64,000 nt of DNA from Felis catus. Taxonomy: Eukaryota. Positions within the stretch are counted from its first letter, which is position 1, and each line of letters starts with the position of its first letter. Below, piece after piece: positions 52,861 through 64,000 of this stretch. The stretch covers positions 192,326,001-192,390,000 of the forward strand of contig NC_058368.1 of NCBI RefSeq assembly GCF_018350175.1. The letters are read 5' to 3'. Below the pieces are notes generated by a model. That model worked only from the letters and a program-made list of their open reading frames with translations, had not been told where the DNA came from and made no database searches. Made by a program: the position numbers and the translations under genes.

Positions 52861-53730
52861 ACACTCCTCTTGGTAGAGGTTTCCAGAAGAGGTATACGGC
52901 TTCGTCTAATGGTGCTCTCAAACCAGGCTGGCCAGACCTGGTTTCACCATGGGATGGAACTGAAAGCATAGAGAGTGGATTCCAGTCAGTCAATATATGC
53001 AGTGCCTGCAAAAGTTAGAGGAAGAGGAAGGCCTGAAGACTGAGGATCACTCTGAACCCAGCTTTACCTTGCAGCTGGAACCCCTCCAGCTCACAAAGAG
53101 AACTCAGGGAGAAATCCCTTATGACCAATCTGACACTAGCTCCTCAGGACCTGAGAAGTGACCTGTGGTCATGGGGCTATTCCTGGGAGCCCCAGTGCTC
53201 TGAAGAAGGGAAGGGTCAGGGGGTTACTGATTCTTGCACAAATGCTTCACTCTGGGCCTTGTCTACGGGGCTGGGCCATATAAGGAGGCAGAGGACCTTG
53301 ATCTCTGCATTCTGATCAAGCCTTCCTGGATGAGGAGGGGCCCAGAGGCTGAATAAGGATATCAACCTGAGAGCTGACAGCCTTCTCCAAGCACCCTAGA
53401 GGCGCCCTAAGGTGCCTGTCAGGAATAGGTGGGGCCTGGCCAGAGAAATGCAGAGAACAGTGGTGACAGTTGCAGGGAGGAGAACGCAGGCTCAGGTCTA
53501 GGAGACGGCTACCGGGAAGGGAGTTTCCAAGGGCAGGCGTGTTGCCAGATGGTTCCACCTCAGACCTTGGGCAGCAGTCAGGGGCTGCCAGCTATGGCCA
53601 AACATCATGCCTAGCATCCACTCTGAGTGAGGGCCTCCTGTGAGCGGGTCACAGTACAGCCTACTTTCTAGAAGGGAAAGACCTACTTCTCACACTCTTG
53701 TCCATCTCCCTCCTTCCTTCCCTGATGCAG

Positions 53731-53936
53731 GTGGATGCCATGAAACTACGCCAGTCTATACGCACAGTTCTCTTCAACCAGTGCATGATATCTGTCCCCA
53801 TGGTGGTCTTCCTCTATCCCATCATCAAGGTGCGGGGAGACCCCTGCCGCCGAGAGCTACCCACCTTCCACTGGTTCCTTCTGGAGCTGGCTATCTTCAC
53901 TCTGATTAACGAAGTCCTGTTCTACTACTCACACCG
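53731..53936 (+). CDS. FAXDC2: FAXDC2 coding exon 5
   Basis: VDAMKLRQSIRTVLFNQCMISVPMVVFLYPIIKVRGDPCRRELPTFHWFLLELAIFTLINEVLFYYSH(R). Confidence 0.96.
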
Positions 53937-54419
53937 GTGAGCGGGGCCCTGCCGGAGCACAGCTGGCTTCTCCCTCTCCTAGGGCTCACTTTTAAGGGAG
54001 GAAATGGAGGCCTCAGAATTGTAGATGTAGGACCACCACCACTGGGCCTCAAAAGCTTATTAGTTAACACGGAGACATCTCTGTGCCACAACTGACAAGT
54101 TGCAACAAGTGAGAAACGTCCAGAAGAGAGCCTTCTGCATTCATGTGTGCAGCAGGGCACTTTCATTTCCTTTTTGAATCCTTTGTGGGCATCATCCCCA
54201 CCATGGCTGATGCAACTGAGGTAGGGAGAGGCAAAGTAATCCAAATGATGCAGCATAAGAGGTGGGGGTAGAGCTCGAAGGCAGGTCTGAGTGCCAGTCC
54301 AATGTGTTTGCAACTTTGCTTGATAGGTAGAACTCCTAGTTCCTACCTTTGGTTTCTTATGGCCTGGTGGGAAAGGGAAAAGGGAGATTGGCAGATTATT
54401 AACTTAACTATTTTCCCAG

Positions 54420-54525
54420 GCTCCTTCACCACCCAACATTGTACAAGAAAATCCATAAGAAACACCATGAGTGGACAGCTCCCATTGGCGTGATCTCTTT
54501 GTACGCCCACCCTATCGAGCATGTG
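54420..54525 (+). CDS. FAXDC2: FAXDC2 coding exon 6 (His boxes HRLLH, HKKHH)
   Basis: LLHHPTLYKKIHKKHHEWTAPIGVISLYAHPIEHV; fatty acid hydroxylase/sterol desaturase His motifs. Confidence 0.96.
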
Positions 54526-54915
54526 GTCAGTAGAGCTCCGCTCTCCCCAGAGGCAAAGGGCAGAGGGCCCCAACCCCCTACCCTAAGGTCTCCTGCAGAG
54601 AATTAGACATTGGCCCTTTCTCTCGTCTTCCCATTCAGCAGCTACCATTTATTGTTGGCCTGGCCTATGGTAGGCTATGTGAGATGCCCAACATAACTTA
54701 TCTCAAACAGTTAATTACTTGTCCCAAAGTTATAAAGCTAAATGACGTGGGCAAATCAAGGTTCTGCAACTCTTTCAGCTTCTCTAGATCTGAGTCAAGG
54801 AAGTCTTGACTGGGGCAAAGTAGACACCCTGGGTGACACCCTGGGGCAAATTAGACACACAACTGGTCCCCTCCATCTCTCTTGGGTCCACCTTCAAACA
54901 GCCCTACCCTTACAG

Positions 54916-55082
54916 GCCTCCAACATGCTGCCAGTGGTACTGGGTCCCATCCTAATGGGCTCCCACTTGTCCTCCATTGCCGTGTGGTTTTCCTTGGCCC
55001 TCATCTGCACCACTGTTTCCCACTGTGGCTACCACCTACCTTTCCTGCCTTCACCTGAATTCCATGACTACCACCATCTCAG
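54916..55082 (+). CDS. FAXDC2: FAXDC2 coding exon 7 (His box HDYHH)
   Basis: ASNMLPVVLGPILMGSHLSSIAVWFSLALICTTVSHCGYHLPFLPSPEFHDYHHL(R). Confidence 0.96.
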
Positions 55083-55549
55083 GTAAGGCCTCCTTCCCCA
55101 CTGTGGGTCCCTGGGCAATAGCCTTCACCTTCACCCCTGAGGCTTCTAGTAGAGACCCTGATGTCTCAGTTTAAATGTGCCAGTGCTAGGTGCGGCTGGG
55201 TGGCTCAGTCGGTTAAGTGTCTGACTCTTGATCTCAGCTCAGCTCTTGATCTCAGGATTGTGGGTTCATACCCCGTGTTGGGCTCCATTGGCGTGGGGGG
55301 AATGTGCTGGTGCTAGTGAAGGGAGAGGTCTGGAGGTTGGGAAAATAACGACCATGCTGGACCTAGACCTCCTTGCTCTTTTCCTTCTGACACCGGGTCT
55401 TCCAGCAGCTGTGTGTTTTTAACCTCTATTTAGGTCCTGGACCCTTTGAATATCAAACGTAAGCTACAGACACTGTCACAACAATGCATGTATGCATAAG
55501 AATCCTGTATGCAGTTCAAGGAGACTTGCGTGCTCTCTGAAAGCCTCCA

Positions 55550-55649
55550 GGCTTTTTCAAGTGTGGTCAACAAACCTCCAGCACCATAATCACCTAAGAT
55601 ACTTTGATAAAATGCAGGTTCTCGGGTTCCACTCCAAATATGCTGAATC

Positions 55650-55693
<44 letters not shown>

Positions 55694-55775
55694 AGGGGGG
55701 AGGACTTGGAAATCTGCATTTTAGTGAGTGTTCCAGGGGATTCTGATGGAGGTGGTCCCTGAACCTACCTGGACA
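55550..55775. mobile_element. MER5-like hAT relic with internal (GT)n (55655-55692)
   Basis: aatcacct...aaaatgcag...ctgaatca...aatctgcatttta...gattctgatg. Confidence 0.7.
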
Positions 55776-56017
55776 AGCCAAGCTCTGCCACAGGTTGACT
55801 TATGAGTATTGGACTCACATAGAGAGCTTTTCAAAGGCAGATCATAGATTTTCAGTCCAGAGCGGCCCCAGGATGTGTGCAACTCCCTGGAATATTCCAA
55901 TGTAGGTGGTCAGCATGGTTGGGAACGGTTGTGGGGTAGGGGGGCCTAGAAGTGGGTGAGGCTGACGCAAATGAAAAGTCAGCGCACCGACCTCCAGCAC
56001 CTTCCTCTCTCCAACAG

Positions 56018-56174
56018 GTTCAACCAGTGCTACGGGGTGCTGGGGGTGCTGGACCACCTCCATGGGACTGACACCATGTTTAAGCAGACCAAGGCCTACG
56101 AGAGACACAGACTCCTGCTGGGCTTCACTCCACTGTCTGAGAGCATCCCGGATCCCCCGAAGAAGATGGATTGA
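56018..56174 (+). CDS. FAXDC2: FAXDC2 terminal coding exon
   Basis: FNQCYGVLGVLDHLHGTDTMFKQTKAYERHRLLLGFTPLSESIPDPPKKMD*; eight exons total 999 nt = 332 aa + stop. Confidence 0.96.
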
Positions 56175-56274
56175 GAGAGGGCCCAAGTGCCACCTTGGCT
56201 GTCCCCCTCAGTGGACTGCTAAGGTGGCCCGAGGCGTGCTGTTTCTAACTCGCTCCTTCAGCCATGCAGTTTCT

Positions 56275-56478
56275 TTCAGTCTTATTTTACAGGTTTATTT
56301 ATTTTGAGAGAGAGAGAGAGAGCCATGAGCAGGGGAGGGGCACAGAGGGGGACAGAGGATCCGAAGTGGGCTCTGTGCTGACAGCAGTGAGCCCCACGTG
56401 GGGCTTGAACTCATGAAAGATGAGATCATGACTTGAGCTGAAGTTGGATGCTCAACTGACTGAGCCGCCCAGGTGCCC
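56275..56478 (-). mobile_element. antisense Can-SINE in FAXDC2 3'UTR
   Basis: TSD cagccatgca(g/t)tttct at 56259-56274 and 56479-56494. Confidence 0.92.
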
Positions 56479-57296
56479 CAGCCATGCATTTTCTAATGAC
56501 AGCACCACTGTGGCAAGGGGAAGCACAGCTTCCCAGAAAGGTAGGGCCAAGGATGGGGCCAGGGCTCCCCCAACAGCCTCTGTTGTCCCTCAACAGGACC
56601 AGGAGTTGGCTTAAGGGGGAGAAACAAGAACAGTTCCCCAGAATGGAGGCCAGTGAGAAGGAAGAAACCACCTTACTAGGGCTCGGGGCAAGTCCCCCAT
56701 GGTCCTTTGCTGTGGAAAGGGAGAGGTGAGACCCCGGGTGACTTTTTTATGGCCTAGGCAAGACACAAAGAATGCAAAGGTGGCAGTAAGACTGGAAGCC
56801 ACTCCCAACTCCAGAGAGAGCTCCTTCTGGTGCCAGGGGGTGAGAGAACCAGAAGGTATTGCTTTGCCCCTTCCTGCACCAAAAAGCTTTTCTTATACCC
56901 TACTCTGGCCAGGGCCAGGATACCCCCATTGCCGATACACACACACACACACTCTGAGTCAGCCAACAAAGGCCCCATTTCAACTCTGCTCCACTACAGA
57001 CATCATCCCTCTATGAAAAGAAAAATGCCAATCAGAGAGAGCCCCTCCCTGGATTAAAACTGAGATACCAAAGAGGTGCAGACTGGACCCTGACACCTAC
57101 CTTCAGCCATATGCGGAAACCAAAGGCTAAACCCTGTTGATCTACGCTGGGGGCCCTTTTATCCACTGAGGGAAGGGTCAGAGTTCCTGACCTTTGGGGA
57201 CACCCACCTGAGGCCCCCTTATTAGCCTCCCTGAAGTAGGACCAAAGAGGCTGAAACCCTCTTCCTCCAGTGAGAAGGCAAGAAAAACATGGCTGA

Positions 57297-57475
57297 GGGG
57301 CGCCTGGGTGGCTCAGACGGTTAGGTGTCTGACTTCAGCTCAGTTCATGATCTCATGGCTTGTGGGTTTGAGCCCTGCATCAGATTCTGTGTCTCCCTCT
57401 CTCTCTGCCACTCCCCTGCTCGTGCTGTCTCTCTCTCCTCTCTCAAAAATAAACATTAAAAAAAAAAGAAAAAAG
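57297..57475 (+). mobile_element. sense Can-SINE (internally deleted) downstream of FAXDC2 stop
   Basis: TSD aagaaaaacatggct on both sides. Confidence 0.9.
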
Positions 57476-58344
57476 AAAAACATGGCTAAAAGAGGGCAGA
57501 ACCCTCTTTCCACCCCCCCATCCCCCCCCCCCCCCCCCCAAATGATTAACCAGTCATCTCAACACCATTTATTTCAAATGAAACTTACCTGAAACAAAAC
57601 CAGAGAGCTGCCTGGGTTGCCGCAGTCCCCAGCCTGGCCTTCCCTTAGCAGACATTGCCAGGAGCCCTGTGGCTCCCAAGAACAATTTGAAGACCAATCT
57701 TTGGCTTGCAAGGCCACCATATTGTTACTCAGTTCTTACATATATTTGGGTCTGTTCCTGAACTCTCAGTTCTCTTCCATCAAGAAAACCATCCATTGTT
57801 TTAGAATACGTTAGCATTGGATAAGGCCAACTCTTGAAGCAGAACTATCTAAGATCCCTTCCTATTGGCCCTGCCACTCGAAATCTGCCTAGTGGACCAA
57901 CTGGGCACTTAAAGCTTCCTCCTTGGCCTTTCAAACCCCACCCACCCTCCTCAGGCCTTGGTGGGCTTGGCTCTGTCCCCAGGACAGCTCTTTAGGACAC
58001 TTCATGCCCTGAGCTTCTGCGGCACCAATGGTCCGTTTTCACGGCTGCTCGCCTGCTCCTGCAGCCTGTTCCTACACAAGTAAACATACGGAAAATAGTC
58101 CATCTTCTGTACACTTAAGAAGGGTAGGGAATGAGGAGCGTGGAGAAAGAGGAAGAACGGATGCATTTCTTTTCCCCTTTGAGGTCTTTGGATTTCGAGG
58201 GGCAAGAGGCTGTCGGTGTCTCATCCCTTTTGGCAGCCGGGTGGTTGGGCTCTGGCAGAGGGTCCCAGCCCTATCCTCTTCTTCATCAAACAGAATGGCC
58301 CTGAGGTTGGTAAACAAGTAAGGCTTAAGAAAAGGCTGGGGTCT

Positions 58345-58576
58345 TGAGGTGCCTGGTGGCTCAGCCGATTAAGCATCTGACTCTTGATTTTGGCTCAGAC
58401 CATGATCTCATGGTTTGGGAGGTGGAGCCCTGCAGTGGGCTCTGCGCCTGACAGTGTGGACTCTGCTTGGATTCTCTCCCCTCCTCCCCACCCCCCCGCC
58501 CCTGCCCTGCTTGCTTTCTCCCTTAAAATAAACAGACTTAAAAAATAAATTGAAAAAAATTGAAAAAAAAATAAAT
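58345..58576 (+). mobile_element. sense Can-SINE
   Basis: head, tail, degenerate flanking repeat aaagg(g)ctg(g/a)ggtct. Confidence 0.87.
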
Positions 58577-58629
58577 AAAGGGCTGAGGTCTCAAAATTCC
58601 CAGATCACGTGAAAGTGAAAGGAATGGAA

Positions 58630-58635
58630 AATAAA
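58630..58635 (+). terminator. candidate FAXDC2 polyadenylation signal
   Basis: first AATAAA I found downstream of the stop that is not inside a SINE tail; ATTAAA also at 58741-58746. Confidence 0.4.
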
Positions 58636-59702
58636 CTGGGTTCCTTTTAATGCCAGTAGATGCTTCCGTTTCTTCCTCTCCATTACATGCCTAGTTCCAG
58701 CACTCCTGATCACATGGCATCTGGGAGCTACTGCAGTGCAATTAAACAACTGGTGGTGGCCAACCTCATGAGCATCCCTACCAGGCTGTGAAGTGGGTCT
58801 GTCTTCCTGTCCCCAAGTCAGTCTGCAGAAGCCCTGGTTCCCAACTCCTCAACTCTACAAAGGCCACTGGAGGTTCTAAAGTAACTGCCCGCCTCAAGAA
58901 TGGCAGAATTCTCTGGAAGAACATTTCTGATGGGATGCTCAAGCACCAGGCATGGGAGACAGCTGTCAGACTAATGGTTAAGGAAGGACACGCCTCACTT
59001 CTAGTTTTATATACACGTAGGCCAGACTGGCACTGAGAATGTTACCGCTGCCAGCACCTGGCCTCAAGAGTCAGGGAAAAGCCACCAACAACCCAGGGGC
59101 CAGTCCTCAGTAGGCTAGGGTGTGTTCATCATTCCATCCTTTCCCAGCTTCAATCCTCCGGGCTCAGTGGCTGACCTGGATTCCTGTAAGGCCAGAGTGT
59201 TGACCTGTTTCTCCTCTACTCTGGCAGGGATGTCTGTTCAGAGAGGGGCTGTGTTGACCCTCCACAGGGAATCACGGCAACCTTCCTAGTGATCTCCTTA
59301 CAAGATGCCAGGCCACAGCCAGAGGATGGAAATCCTGAGAGTGGGACAAGTGGGCAGAAACCCTGGGATTCTGTTGGACTGGCATCTCTCTGCTCTCTAG
59401 CACTGGCTATAGCTGCCATGTTTTAAGACACATGGTGGACGTGAATTCCAGGCTGGCAGATGCTCTCAAAACCACGGAGGAATTCCTGGATGAATACATT
59501 CCTGGATGTATTCACTAGCAGCCTCTGGAGCCCATTCCCCGGGCAGATTCCCCAAAAGCGCAATGGCAGAGCCCTGCAAAGCTTTCATGTACACATCCTG
59601 AGTGCAGGGTTCCCCTGGATCTGAGGGGGCCCTAACCAGGCTCCATCCCTCAACAGCTGTACCCCAGATGGGAGACCAGCCAGTACTTTGCCTTTTCAAG
59701 TT

Positions 59703-59708
59703 TTTATT
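59703..59708 (-). terminator. LARP1 polyadenylation signal AATAAA
   Basis: tttatt on +, at the end of an AT-rich block closing a ~3.5 kb stretch (59690-63251) with no recognisable interspersed repeat. Confidence 0.75.
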
Positions 59709-62418
59709 TTTATACATTTTTTTGTATTAAAAAGAAAAGCATAATTACCACAAATTACAAAGGACTAAAGCAGGACTAGAATAATGAATGAATCACTTCA
59801 GCCTGGAAAGCAGATATTCTCAATAATATTAATGTTATAATACAAGCTCATTCAAGTATTTTACATTTTTTTTTGTCCTTTTAAATGTGATATCCTAGCA
59901 CATGGTAAAGATAATGTACTATGAGCATAAGGTGGAACCTTCTCCGCAAAGCCAGATGACAAGTTTTCCTCTCCAGTGAGAAATGGGCTATAAGTTCTGA
60001 TCTTCTCTGCCTCTGCCATCAACATGGCTGAAGGAGAGGGTGGGGGCTGGGGCAAATAAACCCAGGGACCCTTCCAGACAGGATACATTTTGGGGTCCCA
60101 CTCAGGAGGGCACCAGATGACCCAGACCGTTGTACCCAGGCTTTTTGGCAAAAAACCACCCTCACCCGCCCTAGCTCGTCTTCCTTGCCCCTCCTCCCCA
60201 CTTCTAGGGCCTTCTGAGCAGCTTACTTTCTTTTGTAAAATCAATCATCAGGAAAGGGGAAAAAAAAAAAGAGCTACAATGAACAAAACAAAAACGTTAA
60301 CAACTTTGACATGGGGGCTCGGCACCTGGACCTGAGCCCCGGGGGTCCAGGCTGGGGCAGGCCCAGGCAGCCCCTCTCTTCTGGTAGTGCATCTGCTCCC
60401 AGATTCAGGAGGGGGCGAAAGAAACCGGCCCCTTAGCAGGGCTGAGGCACACAGACCTTGTGATGTTTGATGCCCAAAGGTCGTCCTGGTATGGACCGAG
60501 CGTGGAAGGGTACAGGATGAGCAGAAGGGTTTGGGCAGGCTGCTGCTTTGTGTCTCAGGTCTTGGACCCCCACAGGAGGGTGGTGGGTGTGGAGCGGCCA
60601 ACCCTGATGGCTCTGGCCGCTCCCGGCATGCCTGTCACAGATACGTCGGTCCTAAATTCAAGTGTCTTCAGAAAGTGAAGATGTAAACTACTCTTTGCAA
60701 CATTAACTCCTAACATGTTACAAAAAAAGAAAGAAAGAAAGAAAAAAAAAAAAAAGCCCTCTTCCCCCCCCCCATCCTCAGCCAACGTTGAGATGAAGTC
60801 CTCACCTCCCCACCCCAAAGGGGCTTCCTCCCTCTGGGGTGTCTGTGGGAGGATCAGGGAGGGGATGGCAGCCCCCTGGCCTGGGAGTAAACTCAAGATA
60901 AGAACAGCCTTTCCCCATACCCCCAAGGCTTCCTTGTGCCCCCAAACCCAGCAGAGGACAAACACTGAGGTTCTATGGTGCTGGATACAGTACTGGGCTG
61001 AGCGACCCGAAGGAATGAAGGGGGATAAAGGGAAGGAGGAGGGGGTGCAGGAGTCCAGTGTCTGGTACAACGGGGGGCAGGCACCAGACTGGGCAGGGAA
61101 AGGCCTCAGATCCCACTTTTAGAGCAGTGACCAGACACACTCATCCTTGGCTTTCGAGACAACCGGGTAACAGGAACTGAGGTGGGCTCCCCACACAATA
61201 ACCACTGGGAGGGCAGAGGTGGGAGAGGGCACAGGCTGAAAGCAATGAGGTGCCCGTGACAGAGGGCAAGCCCTTGCCAGCCTGGGATACTGTCTCCGAC
61301 TCCCAATCTTCGGGCCCAGCAGAGGACAGTTAAAAAGAGGGCCAATGAAGTGTCAGCAACTGAGCAACACTACCATCAACTTCTCTGTGCTGCCCGGTCC
61401 ACACTGGGGGTGACTATGTCATCACGCCCGCACCCAACACACAGCCCAGTCTGTGTGGGTCAGTCCTTCGGTCACCCTCCCTAGCTTCGGATGTCAGTAG
61501 ACTCCAGCCAGTCCATTATCACTCACAGCCCAACCCAAGCAGTCAGTGGCTGGAGAAGAGAAGTCAGGTATACTCTATGTCCACATATACCTTCCTGCCG
61601 CGGGGCTTCTCCAACTGGCAGGATTCCCCCCAGCCCCCAAATCCTCCTTGTCCCTCGTTCCCAGGCAGGGTCAGTTGGAGGATGGGCAGAGATGGCTTGC
61701 AGAAGGGGGATGCAAGATGGGGAGACCCCACCAGACCCCAGGGAGAATGGCATCCTTCTCCACCTTTGATGAGACAGAGCCTCCTCGAGGCCTCAGATCT
61801 TTCAGGGCAACGTATTTCCAAGCCTCAGCTGCCAGGTGTTCACTTTTCCCCTTTGAGGTTGGGGAGACGGTCAAGCTGAGGCCAAGTGTGTCCCAGATCC
61901 AGGCCAATGCTCTTCTTCAACAGTTTGAAGCACGCTTGGCCTTGGGGATCCGAGGGCAGATGAAGGGTGTCACGGCAGGACGGGGCCTGTCGTGAAGCAA
62001 CAGCAAGCAGAGCGAGGACACGACAGTGGCAGCAGCGTATAGACACAGGACGTCAGCTTCGAACGATGCAACAGCAGGGGTATTTCAGGCAAGGCTCTGA
62101 TCTGAGCCGCCCCCAACCCTCTTGCCTATAGGCAGGAGGCACTGTACATGCAACTCAGTCCAGAGAAAGATTCTAGCCAATCCAGCCCAGGCACATCCAG
62201 AGAAGGTGTGAGCTCTTCGAGTTGACTCCACCGAGGAAAACAGGCATTTGGGTATTTCAGATTCCCGCTCCACAATAAGGCAACTTTTAAAAAAATATTA
62301 TTTCCAAGAACAAAACAAAACAAAACAAAATCCAAGGGCTGGGGAAAGACATCACTTTCTGTGGATTAGGTGGGGGTTTTCTGATTTATTTTTTTGGTCT
62401 TTTATGGTCGATTTTGTC

Positions 62419-62484
62419 TTTTTTTTGTTTTTTTGTTTTTTTTTTTTTTTTTTTGTTTTTTTGTTTTTTTTTTTGTTTGTTTTT
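62419..62484 (-). repeat. A-rich tract inside LARP1 3'UTR
   Basis: T runs broken by single G on +; A runs broken by C on the mRNA strand. Confidence 0.9.
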
Positions 62485-63251
62485 CCATTTTTCCAAGGAT
62501 GGAAAGGTCAGAGAAAAATAAAATAAATCATCTTTCAATAGTCTTTTCTGGTATGAGCAGCGTCTCTCTGGGCTGGGGAGTAAGGGGCATGGGGAGAGGG
62601 GAGTGGAGAGAGGCTGAAACCTTCCCCCACTCCCACTTCTAGATCCTTTGGTTTCCTTCTCCCAGAACATGGCAGAAGGGCATGGTGGGGACAGCAGGGG
62701 GAGAACATGGTGATGGTAAGCCCCAGATGATGAGGGGGCTGGTGCTCGTGGGGCCCAGGGACGCTGCCAGAGCCTTCCATGGGACAGTGCTGGGCAATGG
62801 GGCCCACAGGGCCTTCTTGTGGGCTGCATAGTTGGTTGAGTGGGAGCAGGAGGAGGCTGTGGGTGGGAACCAGGGTTACGGCTTACCAGCCGTGGGCAGG
62901 GCTGCAGAGTGATTTTGGTAATCCAGACGAACTATCAATAATTTAAAACTTGATATATATATATATATATATATATAAAAAAAATCTCCCCCCTTTCCCT
63001 CCCCCCTTAGAAGAAGCTAGGATGTGAAGAGTCATGGAGAGAGGAGGGGGAAGGGGGTGTGTGGAGGCTCCTGCCCAGGGGTACCTCTGATAGCCCAAAT
63101 GGTGTACATGTTGCTACTCAGCACAAAGGCCCATGCTAATAACTCTAGGCCTGTCCCTTCTCTGTCCCCTCTCCTGGGACTGGGCACCCCCATGGACTCT
63201 TACCCAACCCCCCATCCCCCCCCTCCAAAACCCCAGGGCTAAGGGGCTTTT

Positions 63252-63461
63252 TCACTTTCCCAAAGTCTGTGTGTCCGAGTGCTGGCTTGTCCATTTGGCA
63301 TCTTCCCGGACGGGCTGGCCAGTGGGTGGTGTGGGGGGTTGGCTGATCACGGTGGAGGGCCTGCTGGAAGACTGGGAAGGGCACCGCTTCCTGCCCTCAC
63401 CGCCGCCACCTCCTGCCGCCACTGGGTGTCGTTTGTGGTTGCCCTCCTCACCCATGGGGGG
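63252..63461 (-). CDS. LARP1: LARP1 terminal coding exon (rest of gene outside the window)
   Basis: PPMGEEGNHKRHPVAAGGGGGEGRKRCPSQSSSRPSTVISQPPTPPTGQPVREDAKWTSQHSDTQTLGK*; ttacag acceptor at 63463-63462; matches recalled LARP1 C-terminus. Confidence 0.95.
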   Translation of the reverse strand, partial: PPMGEEGNHKRHPVAAGGGGGEGRKRCPSQSSSRPSTVISQPPTPPTGQPVREDAKWTSQHSDTQTLGK

Positions 63462-64000
63462 CTGTAACAGAGGAGGAAGTCACAGGTGACCAGGGGCCAC
63501 TACCCATACCCCTTTCCTTGCCATGGCTGGCTCTCTAGAGACTTCCTACCTCCAAATGCAGTAACAGTTATAACCTTAAAAACTAATTACCAGTTTATGA
63601 GGCACATCTCCATGCCAAGATGCCAAAGCCCCATGCTACTTTATGCACCAGAACCCACTCAGGGAGTCTACACCACCCTTTGATGAAGACACAATCATCC
63701 CATTTTACAGATAAGGAAAGTGAAGCACAGAAAAATAATTTGCCCAGGGCTGCATAAATTACATAACTGGTGGAGACAAGGCAGGACTAGGCCCATCTAT
63801 CTAACTCTGAAGCCCAGGCCTTCACCCACACACGTTTCTGCTCCCCTCTGAGAAGGGATTGCTTCTCAGGCAATGATGCATGGAATGTGGCAATATGCAA
63901 TATGCTAAGACGTCTCAGCTCAGAAGGCCCACATGCTCCTGGGCTCTGCCTTATCCCCTTCCAGGCCAGAAAGAGGACACTGATCTAAGAGATCATGATC

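Noticed and set aside
43032..56174. FAXDC2 as a pseudogene
   Set aside because: All eight exons join in frame to 332 aa with canonical splice sites and intact His boxes.
1842..58576. tRNA genes or a CRISPR-like array suggested by recurring ggtggctcagtcggttaag motifs
   Set aside because: These are dispersed tRNA-derived Can-SINE heads with CT tracts, A tails and TSDs; no regular spacing and the DNA is eukaryotic.
59861..63242. ORFs up to 171 aa on both strands
   Set aside because: Lie in the LARP1 3'UTR; low-complexity and no recognisable protein features.

Overview
Mammalian genomic DNA, almost certainly a felid (young SINEC_Fc-type Can-SINEs, carnivore L1s). It is syntenic with the human 5q33.2 block, shown in reverse. 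It holds the last four coding exons of GEMIN5 (+), the complete CNOT8 CDS (-; six coding exons, 292 aa, DEDD residues intact) with a CpG-island promoter near 24 kb, the complete FAXDC2 CDS (+; eight coding exons, 332 aa, His boxes intact) with a probable non-coding first exon near 31 kb, and the last coding exon plus ~3.5 kb 3'UTR of LARP1 (-). All exons were assembled by hand with GT/AG boundaries and consistent phase. Most of the supplied ORF track is spurious (repeats, microsatellites, CpG island). I see no evidence of a wholly new gene system. The most unusual items are: a tailless U6/L1-ORF2 chimeric retrocopy with an 18-bp target-site duplication; a MIR-derived segment resembling the human MIR378H locus with an altered seed; adjacent Pumilio and AU-rich elements next to the CNOT8 poly(A) signal; inverted Can-SINEs in the probable FAXDC2 3'UTR; and a possible uORF plus weak start context for FAXDC2. 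Comparisons with human sequences are from memory and need database confirmation.
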